Source of the DNA: Terriglobia bacterium
GTDB lineage: Bacteria; Acidobacteriota; Terriglobia; Terriglobales; Acidobacteriaceae
Direction: 5' to 3'
Assembly (NCBI GenBank): GCA_963765715.1
Contig: CAVXXN010000004.1
Location: forward strand, 342,373 to 406,372
Length of the DNA stretch: 64,000 nt
Position numbers and translations under genes: made by a program. The notes beneath the pieces are model-generated. The model ran no database searches. It saw only the letters and a program-made list of their open reading frames with translations, and had not been told where the DNA came from. Positions 10,253 through 19,616 of the stretch are shown here, one piece after another. Within the stretch, counting starts at the first letter, position 1. The number at the start of each line of letters is the position of its first letter.

Positions 10253-10327
10253 TCAGAAATGAAAATCTTTTAACCACGAAGGGCACGAAGGTCCACGAAG
10301 GAAACCCGACGCCCTCTCAGAAACCAG

Positions 10328-10654
10328 TTAGCGGCGCGATCCGGCGAGTTCTTTCTTGGTTGCGCCGGTCAAAACTCCGAGGACTTCTTCTTCGCGCATG
10401 ATGATGAAATCTTCACCATCCAGCTTGATTTCGGTACCGGAATACTTGCCGAACAGTATGCGATCGCCCTCTTTTACGGCCAAGGGGAACACCTTGCCCT
10501 CATCGTTGCTCTTGCCTTTGCCGGCGGAGATGACTTCTCCCTCCTGAGGCTTTTCTTTGGCGCTGTCGGGGATAATGATGCCACCACGGGTGGTCTCGCC
10601 TTCTTCAATACGGCGGACTAGAATGCGGTCGTGTAGCGGGGTGAACTTAGCCAT
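10328..10654 (-). CDS. groES: co-chaperonin GroES
   Basis: [40 protein letters not shown]. Lies immediately upstream of groEL. Confidence 0.97.
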   Translation of the reverse strand: MAKFTPLHDRILVRRIEEGETTRGGIIIPDSAKEKPQEGEVISAGKGKSNDEGKVFPLAVKEGDRILFGKYSGTEIKLDGEDFIIMREEEVLGVLTGATKKELAGSRR

Positions 10655-10723
10655 ACGTGCAGACTCCTTTCGTTCGTTTTTATGGTTTGGCCTGGATAGG
10701 TTCCAGGATCAAGTTTGGGGTTG

Positions 10724-10750
10724 TTAGCACTCAGTGCTTACGAGTGCTAA
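10724..10750 (-). promoter_or_regulatory. CIRCE operator (HrcA binding site)
   Basis: ttagcactc-agtgcttac-gagtgctaa is a perfect match to TTAGCACTC-N9-GAGTGCTAA, 70 nt upstream of the groES start. Confidence 0.95.
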
Positions 10751-10779
10751 TTGTAGGTAAGCGAAGGACTTGTTGTCAA
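10750..10779 (-). promoter_or_regulatory. sigma-70-type groESL promoter
   Basis: On the minus strand: TTGACA, an 18-nt spacer, then TACAAT, with the -10 abutting CIRCE. Confidence 0.6.
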
Positions 10780-10941
10780 ATGAGGATTCCGTAAATTCCA
10801 TCTATCATATTGATTATAAGCATGATATCAAGTTTTGGCCAGGCGAGAACACTTGTTTGCTTTTGGGTGAGCTTGCCTTCAGGCGATCAGAGTTGCAAGG
10901 GTAGGACGCTCGCGGCTACATTGTTGGGTCGGGATCTGGTT

Positions 10942-11385
10942 ATGAAAAAAGCTGTTCTAAGCCTTGTTATCGCGGTTCTTCTCGCCTCAGGGGTGGCCTT
11001 CGCCCAGGACGACGATACCTCCATGCTTAACTTCCAGGTTATCCGGGATTACAACGGGAAGCCGATTCGCAATGCGAGCGTGGTCATGCATCCAGTCCAG
11101 AAAAATGGCAAGCAAGCTAAGGGCGGCCTCCAAATCAAGACCGATGCGGATGGCAAGGCAAGCTTTGATGGCGCGCCTTATGGGAAGTTGCGGGTGCAGG
11201 TCCTGGCTCAGGGTTTCCAGACTTTCGGCGCGGACTATGACGTCGACAAGCCCACGATCGAAATTACTGTGAAAATGAAGCGGCCCGCCGGGCAATATTC
11301 CATCTACGAAGATCATCCTGGCGACAAGAAGGACGACCAGGGAGCGTCTCCGGCAGCGCCGGATTCGACTCCAAAACCGCAGTAG
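10942..11385 (+). CDS. secreted carboxypeptidase-regulatory-like domain protein
   Basis: Signal peptide MKKAVLSLVIAVLLASGVAFAQ. Body DYNGKPIRNASVVM...KTDADGKASF...GKLRVQVLAQGF resembles the CarboxypepD_reg fold pattern. Confidence 0.6.
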   Translation: MKKAVLSLVIAVLLASGVAFAQDDDTSMLNFQVIRDYNGKPIRNASVVMHPVQKNGKQAKGGLQIKTDADGKASFDGAPYGKLRVQVLAQGFQTFGADYDVDKPTIEITVKMKRPAGQYSIYEDHPGDKKDDQGASPAAPDSTPKPQ

Positions 11386-11515
11386 GGAAGTCGCCCAATG
11401 GATTTGGGTCTTCAGCAAATTTCAGGATTGATTACCAGTTCCAACTTTAAGCGCGCTTTGAGTCCCGGCGTCAAACGCGAATCTAAATCTCGAATCGGAA
11501 AGCTGAAATATTCCC

Positions 11516-11893
11516 ATGGACTATCTACTAAAGACCGAGCCGACCGTTTATTCATTCGCCGATTTGCAACGTGACAAGAGCACCGTATGGGATGGTGTAA
11601 CCAATCCGGTGGCGGTGAAGCATCTGCGCGAGACGAAGCCGGGTGACCGGTTGGTGATCTACCACACTGGCGACGAAAAGAGCGCGGTGGGCACTGGGAC
11701 CGTGATGTCTGTGGACACTTCAGACCCAAAAACTCCTTTGGTGAAGATCAAAGCGGGGAGCGCGGTGAAGGCCGTGACTTTGGCAGAGGTAAAAGCGAAC
11801 CGGATCTTTGCCGATTCACCTCTGGTACGGCAGGGACGGTTGAGTGTCGTTCCATTGAACGCGGCCCAGTTTAAGTTTCTGACGGGGGAGTGA
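11516..11893 (+). CDS. EVE domain protein (PUA-like fold)
   Basis: MDYLLKTEP..YSF.DL......WDGV.N..A.KHLRE.K.GD..V.YH is the typical EVE signature. Confidence 0.8.
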   Translation: MDYLLKTEPTVYSFADLQRDKSTVWDGVTNPVAVKHLRETKPGDRLVIYHTGDEKSAVGTGTVMSVDTSDPKTPLVKIKAGSAVKAVTLAEVKANRIFADSPLVRQGRLSVVPLNAAQFKFLTGE

Positions 11894-11910
11894 TTTTTCC
11901 TGGATTGGGG

Positions 11911-11951
11911 AAAGGCCCCACTTCTCGCAAAGTACGCGAGAAATGGGGCAC
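11911..11951. terminator. REP-C hairpin, likely bidirectional terminator
   Basis: aaaggccccacttctcgc-aaagta-gcgagaaatggggcac between convergent genes. Same termini as the 16895-16944 element. Confidence 0.55.
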
Positions 11952-11987
11952 CCATCTTCACTAATGCCTTCCCCGGACCGTGCGATG

Positions 11988-12233
11988 CTAGCTCGCTAGT
12001 TTGCGGAGGAATTCGCGTTCGTCCATGTGGTACTTGAAGGCCTTGTGGCCGTCGATGAAGACGACCGGGACTTCGTCGGTGAAGCGACGGCGGAGTTCGT
12101 CGTCACTCTCCACATCAATTTCGCGCCAGGCGAAGCCGCCACGGCGCTCCAGTTTGGACAGGGTTTCCTTGACGATTTCGCAAAGATGGCAGCCTTTGCG
12201 TGAGTAAACCACGACTTGACGAAGGCCATCCAT
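11988..12233 (-). CDS. glutaredoxin-family protein
   Basis: VVVYSRKGCHLCE with a CxxC motif, plus VPVVFIDG. 81 aa. Confidence 0.8.
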   Translation of the reverse strand: MDGLRQVVVYSRKGCHLCEIVKETLSKLERRGGFAWREIDVESDDELRRRFTDEVPVVFIDGHKAFKYHMDEREFLRKLAS

Positions 12234-12388
12234 GGGCGGAGTTTAGCAGGTTTAATTGTGGGGAAAAAGGACATAGAAAGCTTTAATTCCGGGCTTCGCG
12301 AACGGCGGACCCGATTCAATACCTAGGCGAAAACAGCAATTACACACAGAACCGCTCCCCGGAAAGAATCAATGGGTGTAATCGCGGG

Positions 12389-12703
12389 TCATAAAAGCTC
12401 AACTGCGAAGACGACTAACAACAGGACGGCAAGATGAACAAACGGAAGCAGGAATAAATAGGCTGTAGGGGGTTTCCACCACGGGCGATGTTTGAGAGCA
12501 ATTCGCCGCGCGATGAGATACCCGAGTCCGGCAAGGAATCCCCATGGGTAGGTCCAGATCCCATACGCAAATATCCACCTTGCGGTGTCAGCTCTTCCGT
12601 GAACTGGGGCATCGAAAAGGAAGGCACTGAGGAAAAAGGCCACTGGCCAGGCCGCGACCAGGACGGACGAAAGAACGACACAAGTTATGGCAAATGTTTT
12701 CAT
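12389..12703 (-). CDS. small membrane protein, hypothetical
   Basis: 104 aa with three or four hydrophobic helices. No recognised domain. Confidence 0.5.
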   Translation of the reverse strand: MKTFAITCVVLSSVLVAAWPVAFFLSAFLFDAPVHGRADTARWIFAYGIWTYPWGFLAGLGYLIARRIALKHRPWWKPPTAYLFLLPFVHLAVLLLVVFAVELL

Positions 12704-12785
12704 TAGCCTCCTAGCTAGAGTGCATACTTCCGTAGTGCGAATATTCCAAACCGACGCAATTGCTGGACGGAGCTACAGGCAACAG

Positions 12786-13293
12786 TTAATTGCTGTATTG
12801 GAATAGCAGAGTTTCATGTCCCTTTTGGCCGTCCCCCAAGTCGGCGTCTTGCTCCTGCCGCAACGGAACGCCGGAGCTTTTCGATACCCATATCAGAGAG
12901 TCATACGTCTCGTCCCCGTTCTTGTGGAGCTGGCGATATACTTCCGCTGCCTCCCCATTGGTCGCCTCACTCCGCACGTCGCTGCAAGTCGTACCATCTC
13001 CCGCTCCGTAAATCATGGCGCGGCGACCGGTCATCGCGCCACGTGGATGCACGCGCCAGTTTGAAGTGGCGTCCAGAAAGCATCTGCTTCCGGTAGGCAT
13101 CGTCGATAGCCTTGCAGGCGGGGGCCGACGCAGAAGACGACACTGTGGGTGCGGGCAGAGACAATCGTGGCGCGCAAAGTCCTACGACCAAAATCGAGAG
13201 CGCAAGCAAGCGTTGACGAGCCGTGTACGTTGGTCTCCTTAAATTTGAAATCCAAACCTGGGCGATTGTGGAGGAGAGGGGATGTGCAGTCAA
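12786..13293 (-). CDS. secreted hypothetical protein, one frame disruption near 13080
   Basis: ORF 12967-13293 supplies a signal-like RQRLLALSILVVGLCAP...ACKAIDDAYRKQM. ORF 12786-13100 supplies the rest (AMIYGAGDGTTCSD...). The phase change is consistent with a 1-nt insertion. Confidence 0.35.
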
Positions 13294-13608
13294 TAAAACT
13301 GAGCCTTAAATGTGGCTTAACTATGACGCCCTTCCTTTTCTGCCATTTAGGAGGTTGTCTTAACTGAAAGCGAGTCGGTGAGCGGGGCCTACAGTGCGGG
13401 GTCTCCCGGTTAGGGAGGGAACAGTTAGACGGGCGCGCCGTGCGTTGCGATCCGAGATCATATTCCAGAATGGAATTGGCGATTTTCTATTCGTGCATTT
13501 TCCTGCCGAGCGTAAGCAGGTGATCGCACCAACCACGATCCAGTCTCGTTTTGAGGTCTTCACAGCAATAAGAATTGGCCCATACCTTCTTCGATTTACA
13601 ATCCCTGC

Positions 13609-14355
13609 ATGATTCCGAATGATGGCAAGCCTCTTTCCGGGCGGACTGCTTTGATTACAGGTGGGGCGCTACGTCTAGGGCGTGCGACGGCGCTGGCATT
13701 GGCGGAAGCAGGGGCGGACGTGGCCATCACCTTTCTGAACTCGGCGCGCGAGGCGCAGCACACGGTAATCGATATTGGAAGCTTCGGCGTTCGCGCCGTG
13801 GCGCTCCATTGTGACATCACCAACGAAAAGAGCGTGAGATCGGCGATCAAAGAGACGGTCAAGGAACTGGGAGGAGTGGATATTCTAGTTAACAACGCCG
13901 CCAACTATGAGACCGTTGAGTTCGATCAATTGACCGTGAAACAGTGGGATGCGATTTTTGCTTCGAATACGCGCGGCCCCTTTCTGGTTTCGCGTGAAGC
14001 TTTAAAGCATCTGCGAGAGCGCGAGGGCAGGATTATTAATATGGGATCGCTGGGAGGGGTTCGTCCCTGGGAAACCCATGCTCACTACTGTTCTTCGAAA
14101 GCCGCGGTGCATATGTTGACCAAGGTGATGGCCAAGGCGCTCGCTCCGGAAATTGCCGTGAATTGCGTGGCGCCGGGGATGATCGATCTGGGAGAGAAAG
14201 CGGCGGCGAGCTTCATGAAGAAGATGGCGAAGCAGACGCCGATGCGGCGAAATGGGAGTGGTGAGGAGATTGCCGCGGCGGTTAAGTTCTTTGCCACGGC
14301 TCCGAAGTTTATTACCGGGCAAATATTGGTAGTGGATGGCGGGCTGGGGCTTTGA
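13609..14355 (+). CDS. SDR family oxidoreductase
   Basis: TGGALRLGRA glycine-rich motif, NNAA, and the YCSSK catalytic YxxxK. Confidence 0.9.
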   Translation: MIPNDGKPLSGRTALITGGALRLGRATALALAEAGADVAITFLNSAREAQHTVIDIGSFGVRAVALHCDITNEKSVRSAIKETVKELGGVDILVNNAANYETVEFDQLTVKQWDAIFASNTRGPFLVSREALKHLREREGRIINMGSLGGVRPWETHAHYCSSKAAVHMLTKVMAKALAPEIAVNCVAPGMIDLGEKAAASFMKKMAKQTPMRRNGSGEEIAAAVKFFATAPKFITGQILVVDGGLGL

Positions 14356-14506
14356 TCACGCCCAGCGTTCACCGAACCGACTCGTGCTGCCGGCACGCGG
14401 GCGAGGGCGCCCGCGCCACACGGTCCGCAATGTTGTTTGTCATGGACAGATGTTTACTGTATCTTGGCCAGTCTTGTGGGTGGGTGATTGCGGTTTCGAG
14501 CTCGCG

Positions 14507-15100
14507 ATGAAGAAAAGTTCAGCGATATTCTTTCTGCTGATGTGCGCTTCGTTGTCCTGGGCACAGTCCCGGGTCGAGGATGGCGGACACGAAATACAAG
14601 TCTGGACCGGAGGCGGGTACTCCGTCCCAGGAGGAACTTCTGACACCGGCGTATGGAATGCCGGGTTGCGTTATGGATGGATCCTCACCCGGCCGCACGG
14701 GCCGGGCTTTCTCAAGGGAAGATTTGAGTACGCCCTGGATGCGGTGCCGGTGTTCGTGGTATTTCAGCCTGCCAATACTGCTTACGGCGCCGGCTTCAAT
14801 CCATTGAACCTGAAGTGGAATTTCGCTACGCGAGGGCGGGTTGTGCCTTATCTGGAACTGAGCGGTGGGACTTTGTTCACCAATCACGATGTGCCGACCG
14901 GGACCAACTCCGTGAACTTCACTTCCGCCGCCGCTCTTGGTGCGCATATTTTGAGGGACTCGCTGAACTGGAGCGTCGAAGTACGATATATGCACATCTC
15001 CAACGCGGGACTGGGCGATCGCAATTCTGGGATCAACACCGTGCAAGTACGGCTGGGTCTTGGGAAGTTTTTGGGAAATCATAAAGCCAGCAAGAACTAG
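14507..15100 (+). CDS. acyloxyacyl hydrolase (PagL-like lipid A deacylase family)
   Basis: Signal peptide MKKSSAIFFLLMCASLSWAQ and a beta-barrel-like body ending VEVRYMHISNAGLGDRNSGINTVQVRLGLGKF (H..SNA motif). Confidence 0.7.
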   Translation: MKKSSAIFFLLMCASLSWAQSRVEDGGHEIQVWTGGGYSVPGGTSDTGVWNAGLRYGWILTRPHGPGFLKGRFEYALDAVPVFVVFQPANTAYGAGFNPLNLKWNFATRGRVVPYLELSGGTLFTNHDVPTGTNSVNFTSAAALGAHILRDSLNWSVEVRYMHISNAGLGDRNSGINTVQVRLGLGKFLGNHKASKN

Positions 15101-15117
15101 CTGGCGGGAGAAACGAT

Positions 15118-16875
15118 TTGAATCGAAGAATCGTGCTAGGCCTGGTTGGTGCGTTACTGAGTATGCCAGCAAAATCACAAACACCCGCTCCTGACTGGAT
15201 CGCTGTCAGCAACAAGTACACGAACATGTTGTTGGCGGTGGAGATGAAACACGCTCCTGAGCTCGGTTCCGAGGAGGGTTTGAGCCAGTTTGATGCTGAA
15301 GTGTCTCAGCCGACGCTGGCAGATGACGACCGGCAAAGACAAGAAACTGAGGTGGTCCTGTCCACGCTGAAAAGCGCCGAGGGGCAGGAGAAACAAAAGG
15401 AAGTTGCCCAGGACCTGGAGATCGTGATTCGCAGGATCGGGCTGCAATTCAGAGAAGATGATTTCTCCCGTGCTCATCGAGTGGAATTTTTGAATGCCAG
15501 TGAAACGGTCTTCAGCGGACTGCGAGTTCTATTGGATGAACAGACGCCTGCGGAGAGGCGAGCTGCAGCGATCGTGCGCATCCGCAAGTATGCCGGGTTG
15601 GAACCTGGTTACAGGCCGCTTACTGAGATCCTGAAGCAGCGTGTGATGGAACAGATGGCCAAGCCGGGGGTGGTGTATCCGGCGCGCACTGAGATTGAAA
15701 CTGAGCTCTCGCGCAACGGCAATTACATGGACGGGATTGCCGCGTTGTTACAAAAGTACAAAATGACCGGATGGGAGGAGCCCTTCGGCAAACTGAAATC
15801 GCAACTCGTCGAATACGACGCGTGGACGAAAACGAACGTGCTGCCGAAAGCTCGCAGTGACTTCCGGCTTCCACCTGAGGAGTATGCGCTCAATCTGGAA
15901 GACTTCGGCATTGACATTCCGCCGAGCCAACTCGCGGCCATGGCGCACCAGGCATTCAGCGATCTTCAGGCGGAGATGAAACCGATCGCGGCGCAGATTG
16001 CGAAAGATCGAAATCTGCCGTCGAGCGACTATCGGGATGTAATCCGGGAACTGAAGAAGCAACAATTGGTGGGCGACGCGATTCTTCCGTTTTACCAGGA
16101 GCGATTGAAGCAGATCGAAAAGATCATTGTCGAAAAACAGATCGTGACTCTGCCTGACCGTCCGGCGCGCATAAGGATCGCCACCGCGGCCGAGACCGCT
16201 CAGCAGCCTGCGCCGCATATGCTGCCGCCGCCTTTTCTGCACAATACCGGACAGAAGGGCGAGTTTGTGCTGCCTTTGAATATTCCTGCCGGAGCGGGAC
16301 AGAGCACATCCGAGAAGTATGACGATTTCACTTTCGATGCGGCGGCATGGACGCTCACTGCACATGAGGCGCGTCCGGGGCACGAGTTGCAGTTTGATTC
16401 CATGCTGGAGCACGGGGTTTCCGTGGCGCGGTTTCGATACGCGTTTAACAGTACCAATGTGGAAGGCTGGGGACTCTATTCGGAATATCTGATCCGGCCT
16501 TATATGCCTCTGGAAGGACAGTTGATTTCGCTCGACTACAGGCTGATGCGGGCGGCTCGGGCGTTTCTCGATCCTGAGTTGCAGGCCGGGAAGATTCAAC
16601 CGGAGGAGGCTTATCGGGTGCTTGAGCAGGACGTGGTGCAGTCGCATGCCTTCGCGCGGGAAGAGGTCGAACGATATACATATCGCGCGCCCGGACAGGC
16701 CAACAGCTACTTTTACGGTTACACCAAGCTGATTGCATTGAGGAAAGAGACTGAGACGGCCTTAGGCCCGAAGTTCAATCAGAAGAAGTTCCATGATTTT
16801 ATTCTGGCACAGGGGTTGTTGCCTCCCGACTTGATGCGTAAAGCAGTTTTGGCAGACTTTGTGAGAACGCAGTAG
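15118..16875 (+). CDS. DUF885 domain protein (putative metallopeptidase-like)
   Basis: 585 aa with a signal-like N-terminus, HEARPGHELQ, and EVERYTYRAPGQANSYFYG near the C-terminus. Confidence 0.8.
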   Translation: MNRRIVLGLVGALLSMPAKSQTPAPDWIAVSNKYTNMLLAVEMKHAPELGSEEGLSQFDAEVSQPTLADDDRQRQETEVVLSTLKSAEGQEKQKEVAQDLEIVIRRIGLQFREDDFSRAHRVEFLNASETVFSGLRVLLDEQTPAERRAAAIVRIRKYAGLEPGYRPLTEILKQRVMEQMAKPGVVYPARTEIETELSRNGNYMDGIAALLQKYKMTGWEEPFGKLKSQLVEYDAWTKTNVLPKARSDFRLPPEEYALNLEDFGIDIPPSQLAAMAHQAFSDLQAEMKPIAAQIAKDRNLPSSDYRDVIRELKKQQLVGDAILPFYQERLKQIEKIIVEKQIVTLPDRPARIRIATAAETAQQPAPHMLPPPFLHNTGQKGEFVLPLNIPAGAGQSTSEKYDDFTFDAAAWTLTAHEARPGHELQFDSMLEHGVSVARFRYAFNSTNVEGWGLYSEYLIRPYMPLEGQLISLDYRLMRAARAFLDPELQAGKIQPEEAYRVLEQDVVQSHAFAREEVERYTYRAPGQANSYFYGYTKLIALRKETETALGPKFNQKKFHDFILAQGLLPPDLMRKAVLADFVRTQ

Positions 16876-16894
16876 TGTTCTTAAGATAAAAGTC

Positions 16895-16944
16895 AAAGGC
16901 CCCACTCTAGACTCTCCAAAAACAGAGAGACTAGAATGGGGCAC
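16895..16944. terminator. REP-C hairpin downstream of the DUF885 gene
   Basis: ccccactctagactctc-caaaaaca-gagagactagaatgggg gives a 15 of 17 paired stem, flanked by aaagg and cac as in 11911-11951. Confidence 0.55.
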
Positions 16945-16998
16945 TCTCGCACCGCAAACGTAAGGTCCAATATCCTTCAGTGATATTCTTTTTGCCGT

Positions 16999-18471
16999 AT
17001 GTCAACCCTTGTTGAATGTGTTCCCAATTTTTCCGAAGGCCGCGATAAGGCGAAGGTGGATGCGATCGTCGAGGCCATGAAGATGGACGGCGTGTATCTG
17101 CTTGATCGAGAGATGGACACGGACCACAACCGCTGCGTGATTACGCTGGTGGGAGAGCGGGAACCGATCCAGGAAGCGGCTATTCGGGGAGTTGGCAAAG
17201 CTACCGAGTTGCTGGACTTGACTAAACATCAGGGCGCACATCCGCGTATGGGCGCGACTGACGTGGTCCCGTTTATTCCGATTGACGGTGTGACTATCGA
17301 GGATTGTGTCGCCATGGCGCGGCATGTTGGCGAACAGATATGGACGCGCTATCAGGTTCCGGTGTACCTGTACGAAGCGGCGGCGACATCGCCGGAGCGA
17401 CAGAACCTGGAGAATATCCGGCGCGGTCAATTTGAAGGGATCCGGGCCGACATTGCGACGAACCCGGCCCGCAAGCCGGACTTTGGCGAATTGCGAGTGC
17501 ATCCCACCGCGGGCGCAACGGTTGTTGGCGCGCGAAAGTTCTTAGTTGCTTACAACGTTTTTCTCAATACGACGGACGTTGAGATTGCTAAAAAAATTGC
17601 GAAGGCGGTGCGCGCCTCAAACGGAGGCATGCGGTTCGTCAAGGGAGCGGGATTTCTGGTGCGCGGAATGGCCCAAGTTTCCATGAACCTCACAGACTTT
17701 GAGCAGACGCCAGTTCACCGCGTGTTCGAACTGGTGAAGAGAGAAGCCGCTCGTTACGGCGTGCTGCCGACGAGCAGTGAGATCGTGGGGCTTATCCCGA
17801 AGAAGGCGCTGGAGTCGGCGGCGGAGTGGTTTCTGCAAGTGGAGAATTTTGATTCGTCCCTGATCCTGGAGAACCGTTTGAGTGCGGTCATGGGCGGCAA
17901 GATGGCAGTTGGGGGATTGAGGGCTGGAGTGGAACCGTTCGTGGAACAACTCGCCGCGCCTACGGCGACTCCCGGTGGCGGTAGTGCCGCAGCGGCCAGC
18001 GGAGCCATGGCGGCAGGGTTGGCGGTCATGGTGGCTTCAATGTCACGCGGGAAGAAAGCTTATCTTCAGCATGAACGTGAATTGAGTGGGGCCATTGCCC
18101 GCCTTTCACCATTGAGGGAAGAGTTGAAGGCGGCGATCGATGGCGACGCGGAGTCGTACAACGCGGTGATGAAGGCTTACAAGGCGGCGAAGAATTCAGT
18201 AGGGGCCGAAGGCATTATCGATGACGCCTTGAAACTTGCCACGACGGTTCCGCTTGGAGTGGCAGAGCGGGCGAGGGAAGTCGCGGTTATCGCCGAGCAC
18301 CTGAAGCCGATTACGAATCCGAATATGAAGTCGGATCTGGCGACGGCGCTGGCGCTGGCGCGCGCGGCTATCGAAGGAGCACTGGCCAATGTGGAGATCA
18401 ATCTGGAGTCACTGAAAGACGCTAAATTTGTGGCTCAAACCCGTAAAAAAGCGGACTTCCTGCGGAATTGA
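16999..18471 (+). CDS. ftcD: bifunctional glutamate formimidoyltransferase / formimidoyltetrahydrofolate cyclodeaminase
   Basis: N-terminus LVECVPNFSEGRD (formiminotransferase). C-terminus APTATPGGGSAAAASGAMAAGLAVMVASMSRGKK (cyclodeaminase domain). Confidence 0.85.
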   Translation: MSTLVECVPNFSEGRDKAKVDAIVEAMKMDGVYLLDREMDTDHNRCVITLVGEREPIQEAAIRGVGKATELLDLTKHQGAHPRMGATDVVPFIPIDGVTIEDCVAMARHVGEQIWTRYQVPVYLYEAAATSPERQNLENIRRGQFEGIRADIATNPARKPDFGELRVHPTAGATVVGARKFLVAYNVFLNTTDVEIAKKIAKAVRASNGGMRFVKGAGFLVRGMAQVSMNLTDFEQTPVHRVFELVKREAARYGVLPTSSEIVGLIPKKALESAAEWFLQVENFDSSLILENRLSAVMGGKMAVGGLRAGVEPFVEQLAAPTATPGGGSAAAASGAMAAGLAVMVASMSRGKKAYLQHERELSGAIARLSPLREELKAAIDGDAESYNAVMKAYKAAKNSVGAEGIIDDALKLATTVPLGVAERAREVAVIAEHLKPITNPNMKSDLATALALARAAIEGALANVEINLESLKDAKFVAQTRKKADFLRN

Positions 18472-18584
18472 CAATGCGGGTCATGCACCTTCCTGAATGC
18501 ACGAAGTGCCCTTTCGTTTAGCCTTTTCTCCTGCGGATTGACATACAATAAGGGCATAAACCGCATCCAATCGTACGTATTCTT

Positions 18585-19535
18585 TTGAGGTCGATAATGA
18601 TGAAAACAGTTAAGAGTGCTGTCTGTGTTTTGCTGGTGCTGAGCGCCGCAGCGTGGGCGATGCCGCTGGGAAGCTCAGCCCGGACCGTGATTCCTTCCGA
18701 CATCCAACAGATTATTTCGGTGGACTACCGAGCGCTGAAGAATTCCGATACGGCGATGGCGTTGAAGCAGCAGGTTCTGCCTCCAAGTCTCAAGGAATTC
18801 GAGGGGGCGTTGCGCGGCGTGGGCATCGATCCGGATAAGGATGTCGAGCAGCTTACGTTTGCTTCGTATCGCAGCGGTAAACAGGGCGTGCGGGTAGTGG
18901 GAGTGGCGCAGGGACAGTTTCCGATGGCGGCCTTCCTGAAGAAGATGCGTTTGCAGAAAGTGAAGCCGGTAAAGCTCCGGAATTCGGACATCTATCCCAT
19001 GCCCGCCGGAATGCAGATGACATTTCTCGACGACAACACGCTCTTGTTTGGAGATAGTGGAGCTTTGCGCGGTGCGCTGGATGCGCGCGACGGCTACTCC
19101 TACAGTCTGGACAGCAACACCCAGATAGCGGACATGATCGGATCGGTGGAGTCTGGAACAGTGTGGAGTGTGCTTGATCAGCAGGGAACGCAGAACATGC
19201 TGCACTCGGCTTTGGGCGACGCGTCCGGGCTGGCGGATTACGATACGGTGAAGAAACGCATCTTGGGATCGCGCTACACCATGAACTTCGAGAGTGGCGT
19301 GAATTTCGATCTGGATGTGGTTACGTCTGACTCAATGACGGCGACCACGCTATCTTCTCTGCTCAAGGCGGGGATGCTGTACAAGAAGATGTCTGCCACG
19401 CCGACGGAGAAGCTGGCGCTGGAAAATGTAACGGTGAATTCGGACAGTTCGAATCTGCAGATGCATTTCAAAGCGGACGATAAGCAGTTCCAGGGGCTGA
19501 TGCACTCTGAGTTGTTTGCGGCGGTTTCGAAGTAA
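18585..19535 (+). CDS. secreted hypothetical protein
   Basis: Signal-like MKTVKSAVCVLLVLSAAAWA. 316 aa with no recognised domain. Confidence 0.6.
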   Translation: MRSIMMKTVKSAVCVLLVLSAAAWAMPLGSSARTVIPSDIQQIISVDYRALKNSDTAMALKQQVLPPSLKEFEGALRGVGIDPDKDVEQLTFASYRSGKQGVRVVGVAQGQFPMAAFLKKMRLQKVKPVKLRNSDIYPMPAGMQMTFLDDNTLLFGDSGALRGALDARDGYSYSLDSNTQIADMIGSVESGTVWSVLDQQGTQNMLHSALGDASGLADYDTVKKRILGSRYTMNFESGVNFDLDVVTSDSMTATTLSSLLKAGMLYKKMSATPTEKLALENVTVNSDSSNLQMHFKADDKQFQGLMHSELFAAVSK

Positions 19536-19550
19536 ACTTTTGAGTGTGTG

Positions 19551-19604
19551 ATGGAGGACGGGCGTCTTCGCCCGTCCCAGCCGGGCGGGAAGCCCGGCCT
19601 CCAT
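19551..19604. terminator. compound REP-B hairpin between convergent genes
   Basis: atggagg...cctccat encloses gacgggcg-tctt-cgcccgtc and gccgggc-ggga-agcccggc. Confidence 0.55.
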
Positions 19605-19616
19605 TAAGCTTCCTAA

